From assembly GCA_965649765.1 (NCBI GenBank), contig OZ287753.1, positions 4,216,001 to 4,280,000 of the forward strand: a stretch of DNA of 64,000 nt, given 5' to 3'. Each line of letters opens with the position of its first letter. Position 1 is the stretch's first letter. The notes below the pieces were generated by a model. That model did no database searches and was not told the DNA's origin. It saw nothing but the letters and a program-made list of their open reading frames with translations. This document shows, piece after piece, positions 1 to 13,000 of this stretch. A program made the translations under genes and the position numbers. This DNA is from Bispira polyomma. Taxonomy: Eukaryota.

Positions 1-241
1 AAAATATAGCTGTTAACATGTATGATGCTTATATGCTAATACCATATGTTGTACCTTAACAAAACTGGGATGCGGTAAACACAATTGAGCTAAAATCTCT
101 TTTTCCAAATATTTTTACCAATGTGTATCGAATGAAACTCCAAACTGTATCATTCACTGTCTATTAAGGTCAAATTCAAGGTCGTCTTACCTACTACCTC
201 CAATAAACTGCACTGCCCAACCACAAGTTTAGCAAATTGTC

Positions 242-441
242 NNNNNNNNNNNNNNNNNNNNNNNNNNNNNNNNNNNNNNNNNNNNNNNNNNNNNNNNNNN
301 NNNNNNNNNNNNNNNNNNNNNNNNNNNNNNNNNNNNNNNNNNNNNNNNNNNNNNNNNNNNNNNNNNNNNNNNNNNNNNNNNNNNNNNNNNNNNNNNNNNN
401 NNNNNNNNNNNNNNNNNNNNNNNNNNNNNNNNNNNNNNNNN
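242..441. other. Assembly gap (200 N)
   Basis: Run of N; the poly-X ORFs in the track are artefacts of it. Confidence 0.99.
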
Positions 442-969
442 TGATACATGACAAATATACTGAAAGTACTTCAAATGTTCAATGGCAGGCTGTATACAGT
501 ACTCACATTTAGGAAGTAGTAAAAATTATATTAATACACTACTATGTTGTATACTGTTCATACTTCTTATATCATTTACACTTTGTATGAACTATTTGTC
601 TGAAATATTACATAAAATTGGTGCTTTACTGATTTCTATACTTTGTCACAAGTGTCTAAGCATATGAAAAAAAATGTCCCCCGGTTCATTTTCTCTGCTG
701 TATGCTCTGTATACGGCCCAATTGTACAATGGAATGTATCAATGCCATATTTTCAAAAGATCATGTTGAAGTTTAAGGTGGCTTAAACATGGGTAAAAGT
801 CTATAAGCAGTAATAATTGCCACTTGAGATTTAGCAAAGACATTTTTTTGTAAAAACAGACCATGCTATAGTAAGAAACTAAAAATGTGTGTTACCGATA
901 TAAAAATTGGGACATTAAACAAAAAGAATTATTCAATACATTTTATATTTCATTCTATCTCTCTCTCAG

Positions 970-1083
970 ATTGCTCAAGTTATATTGATAATTGTCAGAT
1001 GTGTCACGTGGGAGCAACCAGCCAGGATGTCATATGTGACACTTGTGGAATAAGCTACAGCACAAGAGGGGAAAAGTGTGTAT
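970..1083 (+). CDS. Host exon, Cys-rich repeat 1 (CSSYIDNCQMCHVGATSQDVICDTCGISYSTRGEKCV)
   Basis: ctctctcag acceptor, GTAAGT donor, 114 nt. Confidence 0.9.
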
Positions 1084-4000
1084 GTAAGTAATGCATATAG
1101 TGGAAGTTCTGTATCTTTACAGGTAATGTTGGTGAAAATTACCCTACAGTCTATCTGACCTTGATGTGACCTTTACATGTACACTATGTATTGTATGCAC
1201 ATATTTTTAATACTACCACTTTATTTTATTTACAAAGCCAAGATAACATGGCGTCTTATAATTAGTAACTAATTATATTTGGCAACAAATATATCTTGTA
1301 TCTTGAAATAACAACATGATTACATTTTTATAGAATAAAAATGTTTTTACGAGCATTAATTTTCCAAAAGGTGAAAGATAGCATTTCGACCAATGAGTAA
1401 GGATATTTTTGGAGTGCAAAATAGCAATTTGAAGTTTTTCTGTATCAAATTGTGCAGATCTTCAACAAAAATTTGTCAAATAAATTGAACATGGCCTTGT
1501 TTAAGCACTTGTGCATATGAGTGTACCTGACCTGTGTTTCTGTATGTGTCTCTCCAATGACATGAATACCTAGTAACTCTGCTTGTAGGATAACTGTACA
1601 AAAGACACTTCTGTCACCATGTTTTTTATATACAATTTCAGTTTGCCTTTGTATTGAACCTGACTTTTCTGTACACAAATATAAATTTTGCCATAGTTGG
1701 TGGTATTCCTCGTTTGATAACTGAAAATTTTTGCTACTGCAGTCTATTTAGGTCAGAAACCTTTTAACGTGATTGTTAGCTGTGGCCGCGATGTTGGTTA
1801 ATGGGTCTAAGATGGACTATACAATGGGGTGTAAATTTATTGAAAATATATATCGACGTTAATATTATATTTTTGTCTCATATTTATGTTTCATATATTT
1901 CTGCATAGAAATCGACTAATAGAAACTTATTTCATAACAAAAATGAATTAATTGAAATATGTATACAATAATTATGTTGAAAAGCTAGCCCACGCTTTTT
2001 ACTTCTGAGTTTTTTCGTGTCCGGTAACTCATCAGAGGTGACCTTTTGAGAAAGTAGTTCAAATTGCTAAGCGAAATGGTTACTACTAAAGCCTGAAGAT
2101 GTCACTCAAAACCTGAAAATACCCATCAGTGTCCAAAAGTGTTAGTGCACAATAGACTAACAAGAAACAATCTTCATCTCCCTCTGACCTGCCTTTTTCA
2201 ATGTAGTTCTTGTTTAGGATGATTGTATAGCTTACCTGGTTCCCGGGCACTTCCTGGTTACTAACTCTTTATGGTTATTTATAATGATTGAAAACACTTT
2301 GTTAAGTACAGAAATGCCACTTGCTTAGTTTGTAACAAATAAAAGAGTAATTTAAAATGCCTTTTCATTAAAGTATAGCCATACACCCATATATATTAGG
2401 TGCTCTACTCCCAGCAGTAATCCTAGGAAGTTATGCAAGAATAATTTAGCTACATCAAACTAAGAAAATAAATTTGTTGACTTGTGTAAAAACTTAGAAG
2501 ACTGACAGTTTTAATGCATTAAAAAATAGAGATTTTTGAATGTTAACACCGAAACTATAAAAACCCAAAATGTAGTTGATGTATGTTTTCAATTTTAAGT
2601 TTAAAATTCATCACCTAACTTTGATTTTCATTTGTTGATTCACTAAATTGCAAACTCTATCATGGCAATATTTGTTATTGTTGCATATAACTATTAATGG
2701 AATGATGGTATATCTGCAGATTGTGGAGACTTGGTGGAGAATTGCTATGTGTGTAGCCCAAATATTAGAACCAACACACAAGTGTCGTGTTTTAATTGTC
2801 TCTATGGCTATGCTACAGAGAACAGTGGTACTGGATGTACAGGCAAGTGCAAACATGCATACAATGTTACCTATCCTGTTAAGGCATTTAATTCTTATTC
2901 TAAAATGATAAACCTTCAATTTGGATTAAATGGCACTATTATTACCTAAAATGTGTAAGTTTGGGTCCATGTTTAATCAGACCAACATACATATTAACAG
3001 GAGTTGCAAAACAAACTTTACATTCCTGTTATTTTTACAAAAATGTCACACCAAACATTTTCTCGTATTTTATTCTATCCCACACATGTTAGTGTAATAT
3101 GTTTAATGAAATCATCTAGATAAATTATTTTACTGTAATATTTTAAAAATATTGCATCACTAGTCTATTTTTAAAAAATGTGCACAATACACCAGTTCAC
3201 CGTTTTGCCATATAAGTGGTAAAAGTTTTTTAGCTCAGCCACTATGAGCAAATGCTCAATTGCTTCTCCCCAACAGGTGGCTCATATTCCTAATACAGTG
3301 CATTATAGGACGTACCACCGTATAAACATGTCTGACCTCCCCACTGATCCCAAAAATACTTCTTTCATTAAGTCACCTGCAAATTCTGTAGCCAAACTTT
3401 ATGAACAATACATGCATGGCTTGGGTGATGTACTAGATAAGCATGCACCACTTGTATCTAGAATGTCAAACAAAGATTCTGTGCATTGGCTTTCTGATTC
3501 ATACCGATGGGCAAAATCTCTCAGGCGCCAATATGAAAGAACTTGGCGAAGGGCCAAGAATTCATTAAATAGAAGTCAACTTCGTCGCCAGATTGCTCGG
3601 TGCAATGTACTTGTTAACGAGGATAAGTCAAAGTATTATAGCACACTTATCTCTGACAACAGCCACAACTCCAGGAAGCTATGGCACAAACTGCGCAAGA
3701 CCCTTAATATGGATACCAATGTGGCACTCCCGTCCTATGAATCAGATAAGTCACTAGCTGACAAGTTTACTTCCTTTTTTTCGGACAAAATTAAGAAAAT
3801 TAGAGACACTTTTGTTGTTTCTGGAACTAAAATTAATGTTCATCCTCTTTCTGATCCTCCTAAAATTAGTATCTTTTCCAGAGTCTCTGAAAACGATGTC
3901 AGTAAAATAATTAACTCGCCTACAAAATCCTGCATGTTGGATCCATGGCCAACATCTCTCATCAAAGAATGTGGGGATATATTACTCCCATCCATTACAA

Positions 4001-7000
4001 AGCTTGTAAACTGCTCACTTACTGAGGGACATGTACCTGATGGTTTCTTTTGATAAAACATATTGCATAAATATAAAGGCAGTTATTCAGATCACCTTAA
4101 CTTATGATGGAAAAATGTAAATAGCAAGGCTCATGAAATGGACCATTACAATGATTGAAATCAGAAAATTTCGGCTCTTTACAAACTCAGCATCCACAAA
4201 AGTCAGCCTATCACAACAAATCGGATATAGAGACTGTTTCAATATAAATACTGAAGTCTAAAGGTAATATTTCAAACAATTGCTTCAAATTATGCATACA
4301 ATGTAAAAATATTTACTTAGTATTAAAGCATGACCTTCTCATTAAACTTTTCTAAAATTACCCTATTATTCTCCATGTTTTGAGTGGATTTATTTTATAT
4401 TATCTGGAGGACTGATTATATCAAATTAATGATGTCCTATTACAGCATGCAGCGACCATATTGCTAACTGCACTGAATGCCAGAATCAAGACAGCACCAT
4501 TGTGTGTAGTGGATGTAATGCAGGATATTATTTAAAGGAAAAGGAATTCTGTGAAGGTTTGAGTTATTGTAATTTTCAGTTGTCAGATATCATTTATTTA
4601 TTTTCTATTAGTTTTAAAATACTTGATCATAACATCATTACTTTCAGTACAGATTGCAAATATTTTGCTCATTTAATCCTGATAACAGGACGTGAAAACT
4701 ATTGATTTAACTTATTTTGGCAGAAGCACAGTCCTTGTTACAAAACCATTTTGAAAAACCAGACTTTCTGTCACTGGTGTATCTGAACAGGGTTAATGTA
4801 GCAAATTAAACTTCTAAACCATAAAATATGTGCTTGCTAAACCAATCAAAGAGATAGAAATGTACTATCACACTAATAAAATTTGTTTGTGCTACTAGTA
4901 ATATTGCAAATTGGTATTATCTCAGTGCTAAACATTCCACAGAATGAAATGATTAGAAATATACAATTGTAAAAGTCAAATTGCACAAGTATAAAGCAGT
5001 AACACCATAATATTCATGCTCAGTCTGTTGGAATAGCAAAGTACAAACTGTTATAAGAAGCTTACAACCAGATAAATGGTTGTTTACACACACTTATAAC
5101 TGAACTACTATTGCTGTTATGACTCTAATTTCCTTCGGCAGGGAACTGCTCATCATAAAATGACACAAAAAATTTCACATTAATGAAAAACTTAAACTGT
5201 AGATGTTATGATTCTGAACAAACCAATGAGTTATAATGTACATTTAGCCTGTGACATAAAACTGAGCAACTGTAAATACTGCCAGTGGGATGATGGAAAT
5301 GATGACAACAAGCCACAGCTTGTCTGTACACAGTGTGATGAGGGCTACTTCTTTGATTTTTACCACAGATGTACACGTATGTTTAGTATTGATTTCAACT
5401 GTATTTAGCATATTAATGTGTTGGAGCTTTTGTCTAAGCTTTTATATACAGCCTATGATCAGAGCCCTTAATTATAATTTGGGCACTGGCAGCTAAAATA
5501 GATATTTTAGTTCATACTATTTAATGCTTGCTAGTACAGCAGACTTCTCTGCTCAGAAAAGTAATATGAAATTGTTATTGAATACTGCCAGTAGATATGT
5601 AGCCTGTTACCCTGTCCTAAAAGGGTTATCTTATTTTTAACCTGGAATCAATTTACAATAAATATTCATTGTTTAGGTATTAGACAACAACATATATGGT
5701 TTTGCAACCTAGCTGCTATTAAGAACAAATATGTAAACAATTATTATTATGAATTTTTAACGTGCTTTATTAATGCTAGGCATCTTCTAAAGTGCAACAG
5801 CAGAATCATTAATCCAACCATAAAGCCATAGGAATAGCAAAGTCGTAAGGAAAGAAGTGGGAGTGTGTATAAGGGAAGCTTAGGTGGGTAGGCACGGTTA
5901 AAAAGATAGGTTTTAAGCTTAGGTAGTTTTGAATGGACTGGAGCTTTTTGGTGTGTGATTTATTTACTCTGAACAGAAGAGAGTTACAGTAGTCAAGGTG
6001 GCTACTAACAAGGGCGCTAGCCACAGTTATCGCTGTGTCCATTGGCAGGTGGTTTCATATTTTTTTGATGCTGCATATATGGTAATAACAGAAGCAATAG
6101 ATGTTAGTAATATGAGTTTCAAACGAAAAGCTGAGGTTTTTGGCATTTTTGGAAGGTAGTATTTTCCCAGAAGGGAGATGGGGAACAAAGATTTTAAGTA
6201 TTCACTGTTTTTCTTGTTTCCAATGAGAATGAATTCTGTTTTGTCCGGGTTTAGTTTTAGTTTGGAGTAGTTCATCCACGCCTGGACATTGGACAGACAG
6301 TCTCCAAGTAGGTCAATATTTTATTTTGCGTTTTGAGGGTTGAGAGAGAAATAGACTTGAGTGTCATCTGCATACATGTGGTGTTTTATGTCATGATTTG
6401 GTGACAGTGCTGAGAGGATGTGTATAAAGGGTGAAAAGTAGAGGCCCAAGGACGGATCCCTGAGGTACTCCATATGGTGGGTTTATGGAAGAGGATAGGT
6501 GATCATCTAATTTCATTATTTGCGCTCTAAGATTAATGTAGGATCTGATCCATTTAAGGACACTGCCATTTAGTCCAAACCACTGCTTGAAAGTGCAGAG
6601 CCATGATGGTGTAGAATGCTGCTGAAAGATCCAGAAGAGTAAGGGCCACTGTTTTCGTTGCAGTCCAATTTAATATATTAGTTATGGGTGTGATTAGAAT
6701 GTCAAGGCATTGAATTAGAATAACTGCTGGGATAGGATCTAAATCACAAGATTTTATAGAGGAGGATTTTATGAGTTTAAAAACTTCCTGCTCGGACAGT
6801 GTACTGAATTGAGGTTGGAAACCTTATACTCTGGGGTTGGAGGACAAAAGTGATACATCTTTACAAAACCGTCACCAATGTTGCTGTTTTTTAATGAAAA
6901 ATTTTCAAAATTTATCCGCTAGAAATGTAAGACAATGATTTATGGGAAGAACTTTCTCGGATGTTCTGTGCAGAATTTTGTTAATAAAGGCCCATAGCCT

Positions 7001-10000
7001 TTTGGGATTGTCTTGATTATCAATGATGATGGAATCATAGTGCTACAATGCAGCATGGGTTCTATCTAAATGACTTTAGGAATGGATGTAGAAAATTTAG
7101 TAGTACCTTTCTTTTAAGGCCAATGGTTTACAGTCTTAGCATTTTGACCAAGTAACCTATACTGCTTTCCTCCCACAGAAAGCTTTTCGCTGTGATATTT
7201 TAAAAGGTGTTACACAAGCCATTAAACCATAATTAATTAACCAGAATATTCACGCAAAATGAAGTGAATGATGTTTGTAATTGTTGTGTATCAAAGGATA
7301 TACAAATCATCTATATTTGTGACCATTCATTTTAAATGACTTCCCATTGCTTATTTTCTTAAATTTAATTTTTAAAATTATGACAGACGGCTCAACTTAA
7401 GAAACATAGTGACAACTTCGGCCTCTCCAACAGGTACAATTCATCATACCATATTTCTTCACACTACTGAGAGTACTCTCCTCTTTTTTGTATATGGCCT
7501 CAACCCATATGGCCAAAGGACGGGAATCTGCAATCATCTCATGGGTTTTCACCAGCCTTTGATACCACTGATCATTGGATCTCATTGTCAAGGCTGAAAT
7601 CATTTGTCACAAACAGGTTCTTTACATCCCTGATCCAGGTAGTGAGGGACGTATCACACTTGTCTGGTCCTTTAGCTACTTCACCACAGCTACAGAGAGG
7701 ACACCTTAGGATTGAGTCTGAGTTACTACAGACCCTGGGATTTCCATGATAAACTCCCCATGTTACCATAACTAATATAAACAAGAACTCCTCTGCTGTG
7801 CTCTGCATACATAATGTTTAGAAAAACCTTTCCATTACAAAATCTACAGTGTCTTTTCAGCCTGTAAAGAAAGCATATCCAACTGCTTGACTTGTTCCAG
7901 TGTGGATTCATGTGCTGTGTTTGGACCTGTAATAAATCTGATTTGTCACAGTTGTGAGAAGCACTACTACTTAAATAACAAGAAAACAGCTTGCTCAGGT
8001 AACCTCAACTAGAATGACATGCAACATGTAGTATTCTGAGTAGTTGGTCTGCAAAATATTTGATATGTGTTTTAGTAAACAAGTTAATCTGTATAATGAG
8101 GTATTTCATTTGATCATACATATTTTTATATTTAAGCTAAAAAATATTATCCCCAAAAGTGTATCAAAATCAAGTATCCCTCCTTTCCAGTTGGATTGTT
8201 TTGTTTGATATACAATAATGTCATGTGAGATTAATTTCATCAGTGTGTACACATGCACCAACAAACTGTGCTTCGACAAAAATTACATGCAAAGAGAGAA
8301 AAAATAAACTATGCCAAAATATTCCTTTGTGATAATTCTCCGAAATAGTATTCAAGATAATCCAACCTCTTATGCACTCTGTTACACATGTTACCTGCTT
8401 AGGTAATACTGAGAGGCTGATTACATTTGTGAACTTGATGACTCTGTCAAAACTCTGGAGAACAGTTTTGTCAGTGCCAACTTATAGTTCTGACTTTAAA
8501 AAACAAAAAAGAAAAAAACTTGTTATTGACATTTGCACAATTTATTACCTCTACACAGTCCTTATTATGGCAATAATATGAAGTTTGCAATTTTAAAACC
8601 TTATAATTTTTGTGGCCTAGTAGTTGGGGTGCTTGATTTACAAACCCTGACCTCTTAACAATGTGGGTTCAAATTATGTTATTATAGAATGTTTGTCAGC
8701 TACTCACCACAGGTCATTAGTTTGAAGTGCTTCAGTACTAGTTTCTTTCACCATTGAATCTGGACTTTAAATTATGACCTACGCTGTTGAAAGTTACATA
8801 AACCCTAACTAAATTACAGTTCAAGGTAAAATAAAGTACATATTAAAAGCACCTTGCAGTGAAATTTTTGCATAGCTTTCCTTTTTCACATTGCAGTTGA
8901 TTGCAGGAACATCTCTAGCCTTTGTATCAATTGTTCTCATGGGGAAGGTAGCAAATGTTTGAAATGTACACCAGGCGCTTATCTCTCTTCTGACAACAAT
9001 TGCATGAGTAAGTTAAAGACAGGTCATGTTGAACATATTTTGAACACATAACTAAGGTTACACTACATAGATGTTGTCTCATTATTTAATACACTTGTGA
9101 AGAAATATTAAACAGTTTATAATTGTAACATTACACTGATGAGACTTTAAGTGTACACCGTTAAAATGCTTCACAATTTATATAGCGATTTGTAAGTCTT
9201 TAATTTTATGATAATCATTGTTTATAATGGAAAACTGCTTTTAGTATGAAACATTAAAATATCTGATACACTTTTCCAACAACAAATTATTTATGTTTTA
9301 TTACTTGATTATTTATAACAGTAGATTATAAATGGCATATTGTCATGGTATAAACTAGTTATTGCTCTGTTTTTAAGATTGTGCTGAAAACTGTAAAGAA
9401 TGCACTGATGAAACGGAAGAGAAGCCACAAACAGTGTGTGTCTCTTGCAGTAAAGGCTATGCACTTCACCCAAAGGACAATACCTGTCAAGGTTAACAAA
9501 TGGTTATCACAAGTTTTTTAAAGGCATTTTTTAAAATTTATGAATCATATATAAGTTTCAATTGGGAGACAGAGCCAAATAGATACTGAAAACTGCATGA
9601 TGTATCTCCTTTAGCTATGTTTAATGCATATTTGGTACATGTAAAAATATTGTTTATTCTGTATAATTGTATCCACCGATCAGGTGGATACTTTGGTTTA
9701 GCGTTGGCTACGCCGTCGCCGCCGTAGAGTGATTTTCGTCGTTAACACTCTCAGCGGAATACTAGATCAGCTAGCTTAGCCAAATTTGCAGGATATCTCA
9801 TTGGGAGGCAAGCTTCTCTGTGACTGAAATTAGCCTCATTCTAAAAAACAAGATGGTCGCCATCGGCATTTCTTTGAAAACTACCCACTTTTTTCTACTG
9901 GCTGGTTCTTGTAACTAGAAGGTTAAATCTCTTCATAGGTGATAAGTATAACAGATATATATGTCCTCTACAAGCATGCAGACACTTGACCTTGAAGCTC

Positions 10001-13000
10001 TTCATTGAAGGTCATTCACAGAGTGCCAAAGTACCCCACACAGCGAACTTTAAAAGTGCCTATATCTCCCTTATTATTGGTCCTAGAGGTTTGGTATGTG
10101 AAGCCTACCTATAGGAAATCATGGGCTAGGAATCTTCTGACGTGGTCAGATTTGACCTTGGATTCCTCATTCAAGGTCAAACAAGGTATCCAAACTTAAA
10201 AGTGCTTATAACTTGCTTATTATTGGTCCTAGAGGTTTAGCATGTGAAGTCTACCTATAGGAAATCATAGGCTGGGAATCTTCTGATGTGGTCATGTTTG
10301 ACCTTGGGCCCCTCAATCAAAGTCAAACATGGTATCCAAACTTAAAAGTCCTTATAACTCACTTATTATTGGTCCTAAAGGTTTGCATTGTGAAACCAAC
10401 TTATAGGTAATCATGGGGCAGATGCAAGGGTGCAGGAAGGGAATGGAATAACATAGAAGAGGTATGTTTAAAGTTTTCTCCTAAAATCAGACAAATTTTT
10501 ATTGATCTAAGCTCAAGTCAGACATTTTTCGTAAAATTGAGAAAGCTATAATAAAGCTTTAGACCGAGTCCTCTTGATGAATTTACAGAGAACAACAGTG
10601 TTTATTTCTTCTCTTAAGGTTACTGAAGTAAAGAAAAATAGCCAGGCAGTAAGTTTGTTGACACACAACAGCTGTGAAAGTGGTGACATCAATTTTATTC
10701 TATAATGAATGGACAGCCAAAGTAATTTTGTAGGTGTAGAGACATCCATGTGGATGCCCAAATGACAGGTGACCATGCATAGAGTTTAACAATACAACTG
10801 AGAGTGTATTAGAATTGTTACTGTATTTTGCAGATTGCAAAGCTATTGACAATTGCCAGAAATGCTCATTTTCCGCTAATACCAAGGATAACAAGCCTAA
10901 CTTTTGTGATGAATGCAGTTCTGGATTCCATTCAATGGGGTCTCATTGTATTGGTATGCTTTATTTATTTCAAAAGTTCATAACAATGAAAATATTGTTT
11001 CATTTTATTGTTGTTATTTACATGGTCAAGTTACATCATATTTCATCACACGTGTGCTATATATTGTTCGGTAATACAGAATAGATGTCCTAATACAAAA
11101 CTTATATTATATTCTGAAAATTTCAATTTTATAATTCAATCAATTTAACTCTTTAGTCTTGTAACTGTTCATTTCTTTGTTGACATTGTGACTGTTAAAT
11201 TACATCTGTGTGACACAGTATGGATTGCTTCAAAAGATTGCAACATGTGTGTGTTTTTCTAAGTTTTAGAGTAATAACACGAAAGGCTTTTGTAAAATAT
11301 AAGCACAAAATAATTACTAGCAACGATCATAACTTAACTGGTAGGACAGTAATGACGAAAAGACATGATAAAATGCTGGAATGTATCATATATCTTTTAA
11401 ACTTCAGACTGTAAAGCTGTGGTGGATAACTGTGGGGAGTGCAAGGAGGAAGACCCAAAGTCCTGTGTGGCTTGTATTCCTGGGTACAGATTGATTAATG
11501 ATGACCAATGCCAGGGTATTCTTTGATAGTATAAAAATGTAGAGCAGTTTTTTTTTATTATCATGTGCATATCAATTGGCATAAAATGTCAATATCAATA
11601 TATTAAAAACACTAGCTGGTAAAAGAGGATAAGGTACAATAAGTATTTCATTTATTTCTAAAGTAACCTTTCATACATGCAGAGACACAATTTCAATCAG
11701 AACATCATATCACTTCAGTATCTTAACCAGAGAAGAATTATTGTCAGAAACAAACTGAATAGAAGTGATGTTGATTATAAAATAGAAAAGTAATAATTAT
11801 TTTTAAGATGGAAATGTCCATCCTTGTGTAATGATAATCATCAGTGAGCATAAAGAATAAATAGATTCAAGTTCAACAACACAGATATATTACTAAAACT
11901 GTGTCCTATCTCTATAGTGAGTCCAATATAGATAGTATCAGCTTTGGCTTTGCGATGTATCATTTTCAGTCATATGATTTACCTCTGTAAATACATGAAC
12001 TCATAATTTGTCAACCAGTTTCTAACAACAGGAAATATGCAGGAAGAATTGCATCTATCTTATCCCTACCGTAGGGGATTAGTAAATAACAAGATTAATT
12101 ACTTCAATGCTTTATTTTTATACAGTACACACCCATTCCAAGATGCACTTTAATTGAGCATTTCACCTATCTGCCAAGCATGTGTGTGCGAACAGGAGCT
12201 TGGTATCCCAATTATTTATATGGAACACCTCTTTCCTGATAGACGTGTCCAATAATGATATATAGGTAACATGTAGGGGATTAACCTCCTTAATGATTAA
12301 TAATAGAAAATGTGGCCCAGTATTAGGATATTGGTTTAGTGCAAACTTTATTTTTAAAAGGGAGTGTGATAGCACATATTGTATATATTTGTGTTGATGT
12401 TTAGTGATAACCTGTGGTATTCCTCCTCCTCAACCAGAAAATGGAGGCTACGCATTCACAGGACTGTATTACCATGACCGTGTGACCTATGATTGTGAGT
12501 GTGGCTATGAAGTGGTAGGAAACCAGATCCTTACTTGTGATGAGGACGGGAACTGGGGAAAACCACCTGACTGTAAAATAAAAGGTATGTATTTAATCTT
12601 GATACAGCTGAGTAAGGCATACAGATTTTAATGGTCGTCAGTGGTGTAGTGGTAACACACTTATATCCCGCCTCTGCCATTGTGTGAGTTTAAATCTCAG
12701 CCCTGGTATGTATGTGTAAATATGCACAGTAGACTTGCTAAAGAAAGGTGGTTTGCAGAAGAGAATACCTTGACCAACTACCCTGTTTTAACTTTTTCGA
12801 CCAGTATAACAAAAGTCCCTCTGTGTGTTGGAACATTTCTAAATGTTTCAGAAACGTCTTGATAAGTGAGGATTAGTAGCTCCACTACAAATGTTTTGAA
12901 TTGTTTAAAAATAATGTCACGGATCTGCCATTCATGGCAGGTTTGAGGGTGGTTTCCCCAATTTGGGTAAAAGTAACGATTCATGTAATGAATGTGACTT

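Noticed and set aside
150-512. Poly-X ORFs
   Set aside because: Artefacts of the N gap.
12179-12255. Possible alternative terminal exon (ACVCEQELGIPIIY...*)
   Set aside because: Weak acceptor and no match to the repeat consensus; cannot be supported without transcripts.
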